Assembly: GCA_010015805.1 (NCBI GenBank)
Contig: ML978135.1
Location: forward strand, 434,001 to 498,000
Source: Rhizodiscina lignyota
Lineage: Eukaryota
Direction: 5' to 3'
Length of the DNA stretch: 64,000 bases
Part shown: positions 12,961 through 24,706 of the stretch, piece after piece
How the letters are laid out: every line of letters starts with the position of its first letter
How positions within the stretch are numbered: position 1 is the stretch's first letter
The notes under the pieces: generated by a model
What the model saw: only the letters and a program-made list of their open reading frames with translations
Databases searched by the model: none
Told to the model about the DNA's origin: nothing
Position numbers and translations under genes: made by a program

Positions 12961-13967
12961 GGAATACCAATTACGGCGACGCGAGTCCCGTAAAAAACGA
13001 TGCGGCCACAGGGACTCGGAACTGTCACGTGGTCGAGCGCCCTACGTCTGACAGTTAACGATTGCAGGACGTGAAGAGAGGCTACGCCTATGAAGTCGAG
13101 GTGACCGACAGCGCTCACCCTACGACTGGTTAAGCTCTCATTCGAGATAATCTGGAGCCTCAACATGGTTTGAGGACTTAATGACTTGCACGTCGGGGGG
13201 TCAAAGCTAACAATCTTCGTTGCATGTCGTCGCGAAAAAGTAAGCATATCTATACGGCTGAATCCCTATCCCACTTCGGGGACCACCAGTCGAGCTTACT
13301 CTTAAGTAAAACCGGGGTTCTAACAGCTATTTGGACACTCATTGTGCTTTAAGCATATTCGGTCAACTCTGCTAAGAAGTTGCAGCCCTCTCCGCTGCGA
13401 GAAGGCATGCATGTCCGTCCCGGAAAACCGACTGTCTACAATGGCGCGAACATCGGTTGAAATTAAGCTTCATTAATTAGTCCTGCAAACCTCACGCACT
13501 ACTTGTCATTTTTGGATAGTTCTTCCAAATCATTGCTCAAACGAGGGCAATTTATGGCTCAAGAAATTCATTACTTTTTTTCTTAGTCAGACAGCATTGA
13601 ACCAATTCGGCTTCCCATCCCTGCTCAAATCTCTCTTCTCATCCCAATTCGTTACATTGAAGTGGCTTTGACGGTCGGCCGACGGTTGCCACTATACTCG
13701 TTAAAGGGGAATGGCTAATGTAATCAGACTGTCGAATCAATTTGAAGCATCGCTACCGAACTCTCCTGTGTGGTACAATGGCAACATCCGCATTTCAGTG
13801 CCATAGCTCAGACACAATCTATTTCAAGATAATTTCTGGCTCCATGCGAAAGATGCATGCGCCCAGAAATATAAGACATGACAGAGTTTGCTCCCCAAAG
13901 AAACCAGATCAACAAGAAATTCATTCCCAGAGACTTCTCAGACAAAGTCAATCCATACTCCATTACA

Positions 13968-14587
13968 ATGCATATCCAAGCGGTGTTTACTCTACTCACG
14001 CTCGCCTCCGTCTCCGTGGCTCTGCCACTCCCTTCGGAAAGTAAGTAGTTGCTACCCAAAAATGGACACAGGGCAGCTAATCCTTTGAAGGTGATATCGC
14101 TCCCATTGTAGACAAGAGTATTGCCGCCAGGCTGAATATTCCCTTCCTGGAATTCGCCACAACAAATGAAAAGAGGAGAGTGTTGGGTGCTCTTATCCAC
14201 AAGAGATAATACGGTCCTCCTGGTTCGATAACCAATCCTATTGATGTCGAATCAATAGGCGATGACGACTCCACTGCTCCTGAAGGGTCGGTTGTTGATG
14301 TTGGAGAAGTTGGAGATGATGACTCGGATTCCGGCTCCGATGGCAGTGTACCTACAAATCCTCCCAATACACCTACAGCTGAGACCGGCGGTGAAAGTGG
14401 AAATGAGGGCGGTGATGAGGACGATGACGGAGACGAAGGGCCACTTTCTCCTGCAAGTCCTCATCCATTTATTGGAGGCGTTCCTGACTCGGCCTTCAGT
14501 GGCAGAGGTGGCACTGGTGGCGGTAGCGGCCCAAAGAATGTTGATAGTAATGAACCGACCGAGGGTGATAGCGAAGAGCTACACTAA
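13968..14587 (+). pseudogene. Secreted prepro-protein gene (2 exons, 189 codons) with premature TAA directly after a KR site
   Basis: MHIQAVFTLLTLASVSVALPLP signal peptide; intron 14041-14090 (gtaagt...gctaa...gaag); ...LIHKR-TAA(14207-14209)-YGPPG... then open to TAA at 14585-14587. Confidence 0.65.
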
Positions 14588-14899
14588 TGCTTCATCAATA
14601 GATGCATTGCAGGAGTCAAGACGGCGTTGAGAGGTATCCTAAGGTTAGCCCAGACACAGAATTCCTCAGTTGGCTGGTTTCATTTTCATACAATTTTCCA
14701 ACTTGTCAGGTGCATCCATTCTCATTCCGAACTCGTATGTGTCTTCTTTTTCTAGTTCGTATTCTGGTCTAAGCATTTTGCATAGCGTGTTATCTTGTGT
14801 AAGTAAGCCGTTAAATATATCGGGTAGCTGTGGGGAGAGGTTTTAAGGAATAGAGGCGTAGATTTAAGGATTGCCGTAGTTATTATCTGCGACCTGCTC

Positions 14900-15221
14900 G
14901 TGGTCCTTGTCCTATTTAAGATCCTCATACTATTCAGTATTCATCGTCTTCATCCTGCTTATCTTTGTCAGGAGGTGATCAGTGCGCCCCCTTAGCCTTA
15001 GCGCTCTCCTTGTATATAAGGAGCGCAAGGGCCTGTTTTGCTTTGAAAGCAGGCTTATCTCTATTGGCATAGTAGTACGCCGAGCTGTAAGCATTTTCCC
15101 TAGATCTCCTTGCTTTATTAACCTTCCTGGTGATCTCGGATAGAGCTTGAGGAGAGCTGCACATTGGGCCTTCTATGAACAAGGCAGATAGGATGAGATC
15201 GCGAGCACAGATGTAAGACAT
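14900..15221 (-). pseudogene. Degenerate coding relic with a YYxxNxxxxxFKA motif
   Basis: 80-aa ORF (AYYYANRDKPAFKAKQ) followed by stop-interrupted, TpA-rich sequence; motif resembles the tail at 12804-12960. Confidence 0.3.
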
Positions 15222-15544
15222 CTCAGTCAGGAGGAAGAAGGGGAAAAGTCAAAGATCTATCCGAAAACGGAGTTCACCACTTATCGGCGCTCACGAAACC
15301 AGGTTATACGAGCATATTTCCGAATTCTGGCAACCTTTGGCGGTGTAATGCGAGCACACCTTGCACCGAGCAAGCATAATAAGGAAATAGTTCAGATCTG
15401 AGCCTCAGCTACGAGAAATAGTAACGTTACCAGCGAAGTCGAATTTCTAATTGACTATGCTCCAATATTGATACCTTTTACAGCGGCCTCAACACTGGCT
15501 TCATCACCCTTGGAGCTACGGCAAAGGGTGGACCGAAGTACATT

Positions 15545-16870
15545 TTACAGCATATCCGGGGTGATGACATTGCTCTTGAGACCGTCGATCAGCACATCTC
15601 TCATCGTCTGTGCACTTTTCCACCGAATGTCTACGAAGCTCTCAGGACTGTAAAACGCCGAATGACATGTCAACACCATCCGTCCCTGAAGCCAATCCTC
15701 CTTATCTCGGTACGCCTTGATCAGTGGGTGCACATTCGATTCATCAATCGGTTCCTGTGGCAGTACATCCAGGGCCGCTCCCGCTAGAATATCCTCCTTC
15801 AATGCCCTCTCTACTGCATCGAGTTGCAGCACTCCTCCGCGGGAAGTGTTAACCAGCACTGCACCACGAGGCATTAAACTAACAAGGTCCCATCCAACCA
15901 TGTCGCGGGTTTCTCTCGTGTGAGCGCAATGAAGCGTTAAAGTCGTGCTCCGGCTGAACAGTTCCTTGATGTCTCTTGTTCTTTCCACGCCGAGGGACTT
16001 ATCGTAGCCATTTGGAACGTATGGGTCGTAGAAGAGCACATGATATCCGAAAGCCTTTGCGCGCAAGGCAGCCGCCGTACCGATTCGTCCAAGGCCGAGA
16101 ATTCCAAAGGTGGCCCCTTGCAAGCGGCTCACAAGCGGTGTGTCAATAAACGACCATGGGTGGACATGGGGCTGGCGTTGCCGTTCGTGGTGTAGCAGAA
16201 TGCCACGCCGGAGTGAGAGGGCCAGACCCATGGCGTGGTCAGCGATCTCACAAGTTCCGTAGTCTGTGATTAAATGCACTGATCAGTCCTCCGCGGTCTT
16301 TGATATTAACACCGAGCAGAGTGTGCACAGCAGGAAAGCGAACCTGGTACGTTGCAGACAGTAACGTTTCGTTTTGCCAGTGCGACTCGATCGAGTTTAT
16401 CGTATCCGACACCCATTCGAACTATACTGATAGGCCAAAGACTGAGCTAAGTCGATAATGATATTCCGGTGATCGCAACTCACACTTTCAATCGTGGAAA
16501 CAACGCCAAATCTTCTTCGGTAAAACCTATCTTGAGGACCATGATGCCATCGACACGGTCTCGGACATCTTGAGGAATAGCTGACCAGGGTTTTATGATA
16601 GGAGTTCCTGCGGGATAGAGGTTTGTTGAAAGATAGTCGAGTTTATATTTGTGCGTGGGTTTGGCGTTGAAAATTTCTTGTTCGACAACATCGTCCTGCG
16701 ATTGCACGTGAGGAACCAACTTGGTAGATGGTATGAGTGAAACTAACAGAATAGAGACCATCTGCTTGAATAATTGTGTATGTTGGCACATCCAGTCCGT
16801 TTAACACCGGAGGAGCTTGTAAGTCGTCCGCGATTGGGGAATCTATGCGGTCCCCCACGGTATTCTGCAT
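15545..16870 (-). CDS. D-isomer-specific 2-hydroxyacid dehydrogenase (CtBP/PGDH-like), multi-exon
   Basis: RMGVGYD, DYGTCEIADH, GILGLGRIG (Rossmann), NTSRGG, LDV..QEP, HSAFYS (Arg-Glu-His triad). Confidence 0.9.
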
Positions 16871-17282
16871 TGTTGACACTTGACGACAGGAACGACGGCA
16901 ACAACAAGACAAGCTCACAGGATTTTAGTGACTTGCCTCTCACAGACGCTTCCACAAATAGGCAGGTTGTAGGTTCTGTAGTAGATGATTTCATCCCGCC
17001 TATCGTGACCTCGGCCTTTCGGCAGACGACATCGGCGGGATGATATCCGAATTTCGTGCTCAAACCTCCCCGGATATGCATCATAACGTCAAGCGGTCCA
17101 TCGGAATTTCTTGATAGTTGTGAAACTCCATTAACTTCTAAGCTCTGACTCGGTTTTCGTTTCTCTTTGAAACTCAAATTCCCGTAGAGTGGATTTTCTC
17201 GCACGAGCGCTGCAGCATCTTTCGCAGAATCATTACGTTGCTCCGACGGAATTATCTAAGACTTGTTACTCTTTGAATTTTC

Positions 17283-19258
17283 TTACTCTGCATTTTCTCG
17301 CGTCGCTGCGATGAGTTTGCTAATACGTTTGTCTTTACGAGCCTGGGCAACGTCGTATGCAGACTGACCCATATTGTTTTCCCGCGTCAGATCATCAAGA
17401 TCCGTTACTTTCGAGAGCAAAAGTTTCACAACTTCTCTGTGCGAATTGGCTGCTGCGTTATGGAGCGCCGTGTTACCAGAAACATCGCTATTCCAAACGT
17501 CATCGACGTCCATCTTCTCCAGCAGGCATTCTACGATGTCGACAGATCCTTCTTCTGAAGCAATATGCAGAGCCGTACGTCTTTTCTCATCGGTAGTAGC
17601 AATCTGGCTTTCGTTCCCAGCATTTACCAAAGCCTCAACGATGCTTAAGGATCCGGTCAAAGTCGCCATGTGTAACGCGGTTCGTCGTGCCGGCTGACTC
17701 GTCCTTGACCAGACAGCGCGCGGCGACATTCTCTTCAGCAGCGGTCTCACAGCACCTTCACGGCCATGTTCGCAAGCCTGGTGCATTGCTGTCCAGCCGC
17801 TGATATTCTGCTGATCAATATCTTGAGGCAGCATATACTCGAGAAGTAGCTCTGTCATCAAGGGAGGCCAATTCATAACTGCCTCGTCGAGCACCGTAAA
17901 GGCGTAGCAATTCACGACGCCAAAGTCCTTGGGTCGCATCCTGGGGAGCAGCGCTCGCAGCACGCCCTCATGGCCATTGGAAAGGTGGACCGGCGTAAAT
18001 TGCCCGACGTCTTGCTGGCCGAGCTTATCTGATGTCATGCGCTGAACGTACTCCTTGACAAGTTTCTCGTCTTGCAGCTGTGAGGCAATATGAAGCGGTG
18101 TTCGCCCATTGTCATCGCGACTATTGAGATCAATGCCCTCAACTTCAGACGCAAGTGAAGAAAGATGGAATACTGCCAAAGTGTAAGTATTCGCTTGCTT
18201 GAGCATATCACTTGTGAGATTCAATGAAACGCTCACATTTCATATCTGTCACTTCTGTCGCCTTCTTAGTTCCGGTCACCTGCGCCTTTGGAATGCTAAG
18301 GAGAAGCTCCTTGGCGTATGCGGCGGCAGTTGCAGCAGCATACGGCTGCCAGCGATCATTCTTATGAGTGTCTGCGTAGTCGCATATTCCGCGAATCGCT
18401 AGGCAGGGAAATTCATCCAGGAGACCGGCCGCTTCCATTTCCACACATAGTGCATCCAGCTCCTTTCTCAACTTTTCTCTCGAACCACCATGTCTCATGA
18501 GATTGTCGCCTGATGCGATGAGGCCATAGAAAATCACCGGTCTTGCATCCGCCCTCGGTGGCCTCTTAACTTCGCCAGATGGGTCACAGCGGGCACAAGA
18601 ATCATCACTGCTATCAATGTGGTCATAGTCGAACCGGAACAGGCGATCGTTTTCGACTCCTTGATGGCCGTATTTCGTTTGCATGTTTGGAAACTTTGAT
18701 ACCATCTCCTCGAGATATTTTGGCAGTCTATCTTTTTCCATATCGTGGTCTGCCCTCAGCTTCGCCACAGCAGTGCGAAGGACGGATGGTGGCTTGTCAA
18801 GAGTTCCTGTACGAATGAATTAATTTTCGCCAACCGTTTTCCCGAATCTGTACTGAATAACGCCGCCAAAGTTCTGACCTGGGTCGCTTACAACTACATC
18901 TCCGAGTCGGATATCGTGTATCTCTTTCTCTTTCACATTAGGGATTCCAATGCTTGGGATGCCTCCTCCGATGCCAACCATAAGGCCAAACCGTATCGGT
19001 TCGAACGTTGCAAGCATCTGCTGGGCCACGGTAGCAGCAGAAACAGTTCCGGTGGAGTGAGAGGGGAGGCAAGCTACCACTACACTGTGATCACCAATGC
19101 GGCCCAAAACGTAGGTATTATTGTCGTTGCGCCTTGCCGGGAGTGGTTTATGTATGCGATCCAACATAGCTCTCGCCGCTGCCATCTCACTGGGTAGCCG
19201 CACATATCCACCCCACAGTGTACTCTTCATATCCTAATGTAGGAGCGACACTGCTCAT
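17283..19258 (-). pseudogene. PNP_UDP (nucleoside phosphorylase) domain fused to about 8 ankyrin repeats; frameshift plus nonsense codon; 5' end uncertain
   Basis: YTVGWICA/LP.EMAAA, GLMVGIGGGIP, IRLGDVVVS, EMEAAGL, IRGICDYADTHKN..WQPYAA; intron 18173-18236 joins to GRTPLHIA/RRTALH repeats; +1 base at 19198-19199; TAA at 18820-18822. Confidence 0.85.
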
Positions 19259-20024
19259 GACAGGGTCGGTATCGTCGGTAAACGAGACGGTAACGCCAGG
19301 ATTATCAGGCAATTTGAATCGAGGTGGATCGTTTGGGTTCTCTGGCGTTTCCAGCTCGAGATCTTTGGTAGCAAAGTTGATTAGAACAAGTCCTTGCGGG
19401 CTCTTTGGACATTGGAGATGGCACTTACGTCCAAGGTAACTCTGCTGCGCTGAGGGTTTAAGAGCGCCCACTTCAGCCTTTGTTCGAGTTCTCGATCTTT
19501 TACAGCCATTTCCCAGCAAAGTTGGCAACCCGTCCCTCCCGTTCGCAGCCTCGTATGTTCAGCCTCGCGTCCACCGACAAGGGAGGTGAAGTCTCCATGG
19601 CACGTGTCCGTTCTCCGTAAACCTTAATGTTCGGAAATCGCAAGGCCAAGGCCGCATCATTGAATGACAACGATGATGAACAGGACAACAGCTAAATAGT
19701 TAGTCTCCCAGCAGGACTAGCGAAGTATTATGGTATTTTGATGTCGAAGTATTAAGATTTAAGGTGGAAAACTACACAACGGCTGTCCCGAGGCAGATCG
19801 GCATCAAACGACTCGGAGATGCCGATGCCTTCTTTCGAGCATACATTTCACTACGGCCATCATTCTTCTACAATTTTCTCACTACTATTGCTTCACAAAT
19901 ATTCGTCAAATCACCCTGGCTAATATCGTACAGTGTAGATCACTCGTTGATACTATCCACCTTTTGGTCATTTCCAGACCTACAATACTTCGCATTGGCA
20001 TGATATCAAACGCATTTATCACAC

Positions 20025-21058
20025 TCAGAGCTTAGAGCTGTCAGACTTCCCGACATTCCTTGGCTGTACTGATAACTCATGCCACCAGGGATAAGTTCGT
20101 GGAGCATTCTCCGACAGAACATCTGCGAACTTCGGGCCGCGCTTCTCAAAGAAAGATTTCTTGAACTCAAGGTGGTCCCTATAAATTCAGTCAACATCTA
20201 ACCATTCACAGTCACAGTTCCGAGGGGTACTGACTTTCCACCGAACATATCGAAAAGCAATGGACTGTCTACCAAATGCGCTGCTTCCGCTGACCCAGCA
20301 TTCCGCCAGATGAGCTGACGGTTCAGATGGATTGCCATCGTGCTCACGTTCTCGAGGATGTCTGTTGCAACTTCAATGGCTCGTGGAAGTACGTCTTTAG
20401 GCTCCGGTACCAGCTCTGCGAAGATACCGTCGAGGACCTTGGAATCTGCTCGATATCTCTTGCCAGTCGCTAGGAGATACGTCGCGTTGCTGTAACCAAC
20501 CATCCGCGGGAGGAAGAATGAGCTGCAGGACTCCATCGTAAGACCAATTCGGGCGAAGGGGAACCCAAACTCTGATTTCACGCTCGCAATACTATACTGT
20601 TGTCAATGATTGTAGAAGTCTTTGCCAGTCACAATAGAATCTTACCGGATAGTCGCGGCCAGAGTCGAAGTCATTCCGATCCCGACGGACAACCCATTGA
20701 ATGCTACAATGATAGGCTTGCTGCAATTATACATTGCCAGCGCTACCGTACCGCCAGGGTCGCGGAGAACCCGAGTAGGTAATGTCTTCCCCCGGGTCGT
20801 GTCCATGTTCAGGTCGATTCCGGCGCTGAACGCTTTGCCGGCGCCAGTCAGGATGATGACCTTGGCCCTGTCATCTGCATCGATAGCTGTGAAGAACGCG
20901 GCAAGGTTATCGATCATGTCGGTGGTGAAGGCATTGAGCTTGTCTGGTCTGTTGAGGGTGACAATTTGCAGTGGGGTCACGCCGGATGCTGAAGATGGGT
21001 AGTTTGTGATGCGGATGTGGCTGTCTGGAGCATTGACATAAGTCGTCGGTAGGGACAT
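20025..21058 (-). CDS. Enoyl-CoA hydratase/isomerase (crotonase fold) with C-terminal PTS1 (SKL), 3 exons
   Basis: TLNRPDKLNAF, LTGAGKAFSAGIDL, KPIIVAFNGLSVGIG, FGFPFARIGL.MES.SS; spliced last exon ends ...YPWW...DSSKL-TGA. Confidence 0.9.
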
Positions 21059-21614
21059 TATTAAGTATTTCTGGGCCGGATGGATAATAGTGAGTTGTCT
21101 TAATAATTTGGTCCCTAAATTTCAATAGAAGCGATTTTCAGGAGCTTCTCCGCGTATATGTGAGATGTCTTATCGTACGATACCCCGCGAGATCGAGTCC
21201 AAGGAGTTCAGTAATACAAGGAGTCTAATATCCGAAGCGTAAATATGATGAGGGTTTAGTGTTACGGACGTATACCAAGTTGAAGTGTGCACTGTCTTCA
21301 TTTAAGGAACCTCGGAAGACTATGTTTTATGATTAGTGATTATCAGTTTCCGAGACAACGAAACAATTTGAGACATCAAAACTTGTGGAGCGGCATTTTA
21401 GAGGATTCCCGCGGGTCGTGGAAGCATTCTTTATGTAGTACTTCTCCCTGGCTGCATGAGCGCTGCGCGATATGTACATGAAGCTCACGTGCTTCTCTGC
21501 ATTTGAGGAATTTGAGCAAAGCCCCTGTACCGTCATGCACTGGTAAGCAGATTGATGCCAGGAGAGAGTGAGTTTCTTTCATTCTACAAACAGACATATG
21601 TGCTAATAAACTCG

Positions 21615-23682
21615 CTATATCTTCGTAAACGGATCGTCGAAATACCAAACTGGATCTCCATCGACACTCATTTCGGTCATTGTATAGCCGTTACCCATAA
21701 ACTGGTACCGATTATCTGTCTTGTATGTGATTTCAAAGTCCTCCCATCTCACATTCTTCATCATTTCGAAGAAATGAAGCCGGCTCCCGGGGTAGATAGC
21801 TGTCACTGGCCCGTGAATCTTCCCGTTCTTGAACCAGGAGCGGCATGGTGACGACCACACGAGCCGCTTCATCAGCTCGTGCGTGTGGTTATAGTATTCT
21901 TTGATTGCCCTCGCCTTTGGCTCTATACCTTTGATGTTTTCCGTCTGAAGTTTGTCGATGATTTGAAAGATGTACCGCGTGTACCATTCGAGGATCGGAA
22001 GCAGCGAACTGTGACTCGTCGGACTATTCGGCCCTGGCAAAAGGAAGAAATTAGGGAAGTTCTCGGCCATGATACCGAGGTAGCCCTGCGGAAAGTCGCC
22101 AAACTGGTCTTGGATCGTGACGCCTGTCCTGCCCGTGACTTTGAAATGCGGAGAAAAGGAAGTATCGAAACCGGTCGCGCAGACGACGACATCTACTTCG
22201 TGCTCAACGCCAGATTCGTCGACGATGCCTTTCTCCGTCAGACGAACGGCTGACTCTGTGACTACTTGGACATTATCTGCGCGCAAAGATTGCAGGTAGC
22301 CAGACCCGGGAGTCATGCGGCGGCACCCAAGAGCGAATTCCGGAATCATCTTCTTCGTGAGAAATGGGTCTTGTCCTAATTGCTCGGACATGATATCGGT
22401 AACAAGATCACGGGAGGCCTTTTGGTCCTTTGCTTTGAGATGCATCTGTAGAAGCTTTAGCCTTGCAAGTTCTGATACTGTTTCAGTAAAAAGAGAAGTA
22501 CCAGTGTGAAACGCTTATTGAGTTCGCCCTCGATGTCACGGCAGTACTTTGTGTACTTTTCGGGTTCGGCGAGGAATTCTTTGATTTGGTCTTCGGGATC
22601 TGTTAAAATGAATTCCGGTCAGTCATAATCATCGATGACACTGTTAATTCCTTACAGTCGAAGTTGGTTCCTCCAGGACCTGCGAACTTTGCACCGAAAC
22701 CAGTTGTTATCCAGACAGGAGACCGTAAGAACGGAATAAGCTTCGCGACAACTATAGTATCGTTAGCTTTATCAATGCAGCAATTTAGAAGATTGTATGC
22801 AAACCAGGCTGTATTGATGGAACGATCTGTACTGCAGAAGAACCTCCGCCGACCACAGCCACAGTCTTTCCAGAAAGGTCATACGAATGATCCCATTTGG
22901 CGCTGTGCATCATTTTCCCTTTGAATAAATCTACCCCTGGGATGTCAGGGTATTTCCAAGAGCTTTCAATAGTCAGTCGACGAGTATTTGAAGTCCACAA
23001 TGTAGTGTCCATACTTGAGAAGCCCGGAGCCATTTATTAGAATGTCGCACGTGTCCTCGAAATGTTTACCATCATGGCCCAGGAGCGTGACTCTCCACAG
23101 ACCTGCTTCTTCGTCCCATGTCGCACTCTCCACTGTTGTGTTGAGCTTTACATACTTCTCCAGATCAAACTTGGTCGCAACGTCTTTGAAATATCTCCAA
23201 ATTTCCTCAGAAGGTGAGTAAAATCTGGACCAGTTCGGATTCCTGGCCCAGGTGAACTGACTGTACTTTGAATTAGCTCTTGCACATACGAAATGGCGAA
23301 CAGACTCACTAGCTGTGACTTGGAATGTCGCACGTACAGCCGGGGTACCGATTTTCCTAGTACTATTGTTACTATCACGATGACTTTGGTTGAGAACGGA
23401 GAGGGCAACCAGCCATGTTCCTCCAATATCACTGTTCTTTTCGTAAATCTGCAGCTCCACGTCTTTCAACCCCCTTTCCGCTTTGTACGCGATCTGCAAT
23501 CCTGCTGCACCGGCACCGACACATATCATTCGCATTGGGCGCCTGGTATAGATCGGCTGTTCGGTTATGCGGTAACCATCAAAGTCCTGGTTGTACCACT
23601 CATTGAGATGGACTTCGTCCGGATCTGGCAGAGCATTAGGGTCCGGAGTTGCCGAAATGGTTATTATTTTCCCTGGAGCCAT
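21615..23682 (-). CDS. Baeyer-Villiger / class B flavoprotein monooxygenase (StcW/MoxY-like family), multi-exon
   Basis: VGAGAAG, GGTW..NRYPGCTCD, FKGKMMHSAKWD (FxGxxxHxxxW fingerprint), GGGSSAVQ, CRRMTPG, CATGFD. Confidence 0.92.
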
Positions 23683-24706
23683 GTCTTTCGATCGAGATGA
23701 AGAACAATACAGAGTATATAATGATAGAAATTGTGGTTGAAAAATCCCACGATGATAGATCTGAAAAGGTGAATATCACGATGTCGCAAGGTTTATGCTG
23801 ACTCGGTTCATCGGCACAAAGTGGAGAGACAATCTAGAAGTCCGGAGAATGATAACGGATAGTCCCAGAAAGAGCCCCGTAATCAATAATTCGTGATCTC
23901 TGCCAGCGTTAACTGCAAACAGATGGGAGTTTACAATATCACGTTACGTTGTGTATCCCAATTGCGGGACTCCCCCGACGTGGCCTTTTGCCGACAGCCG
24001 AGAAGAACCTCAGCGGAGGAGGCGACACTAACTAGCCGTCAGACTCCAAGTCGATCTGGATTTGGAGAGAGAGGCCTTTGAGTCAAGTGATTTAGAAGCC
24101 ATAACCAGTCGATCAAAGAAAACACTTGTCCATCTCATTCCGATGAGTAAACATATCACCAACTCTGTGTTTGTGGAGGAGTCTGGCTTTCCCCGCGAAG
24201 TTGAGATACACAAGAGCAACGCAACTTCCTTTAAAATCATACGTATCATTAGATTGTTGTTACGCTCAAACACAAGATGTGTTAACCTATGTTCCAATTT
24301 TCTATAAGAAATAAATTCGCGTGTTTGCTATCGTAGCGTCAGTGCTCAGATGGAACTTTCTTCCTCACTCCTCTTGACAAACTTACATAATAGAGTAAAA
24401 ACACTCTTGGCCTGCTCGGGAGTGGGGATATTTGGGGAAACTGTCCATTGGCGCTGGAACAAGAGCACCATGGTACTAGATTGGCTTCAAGACGGGGTTG
24501 CCGGGGGCACGAGAGAACACTCACAAGGACCAATCAAAAAATGAAAACATTTTACGAGGTCCGCTCTGATGTACCATTACTAAAGAGGTATCTTAAGGAA
24601 TCATTCAGTAGAAAACAAGCCAGCATCGTCGCTCATACACACTTCCCTTCATTTTCGCCCGTTCTCCAGATAACCATGCCAACGCCCTGCATCCCCGATC
24701 CAAAGA

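Noticed and set aside
13300..13326. ttctaaca as a possible LTR end
   Set aside because: No partner LTR, target-site duplication, or gag/pol remnant identified.
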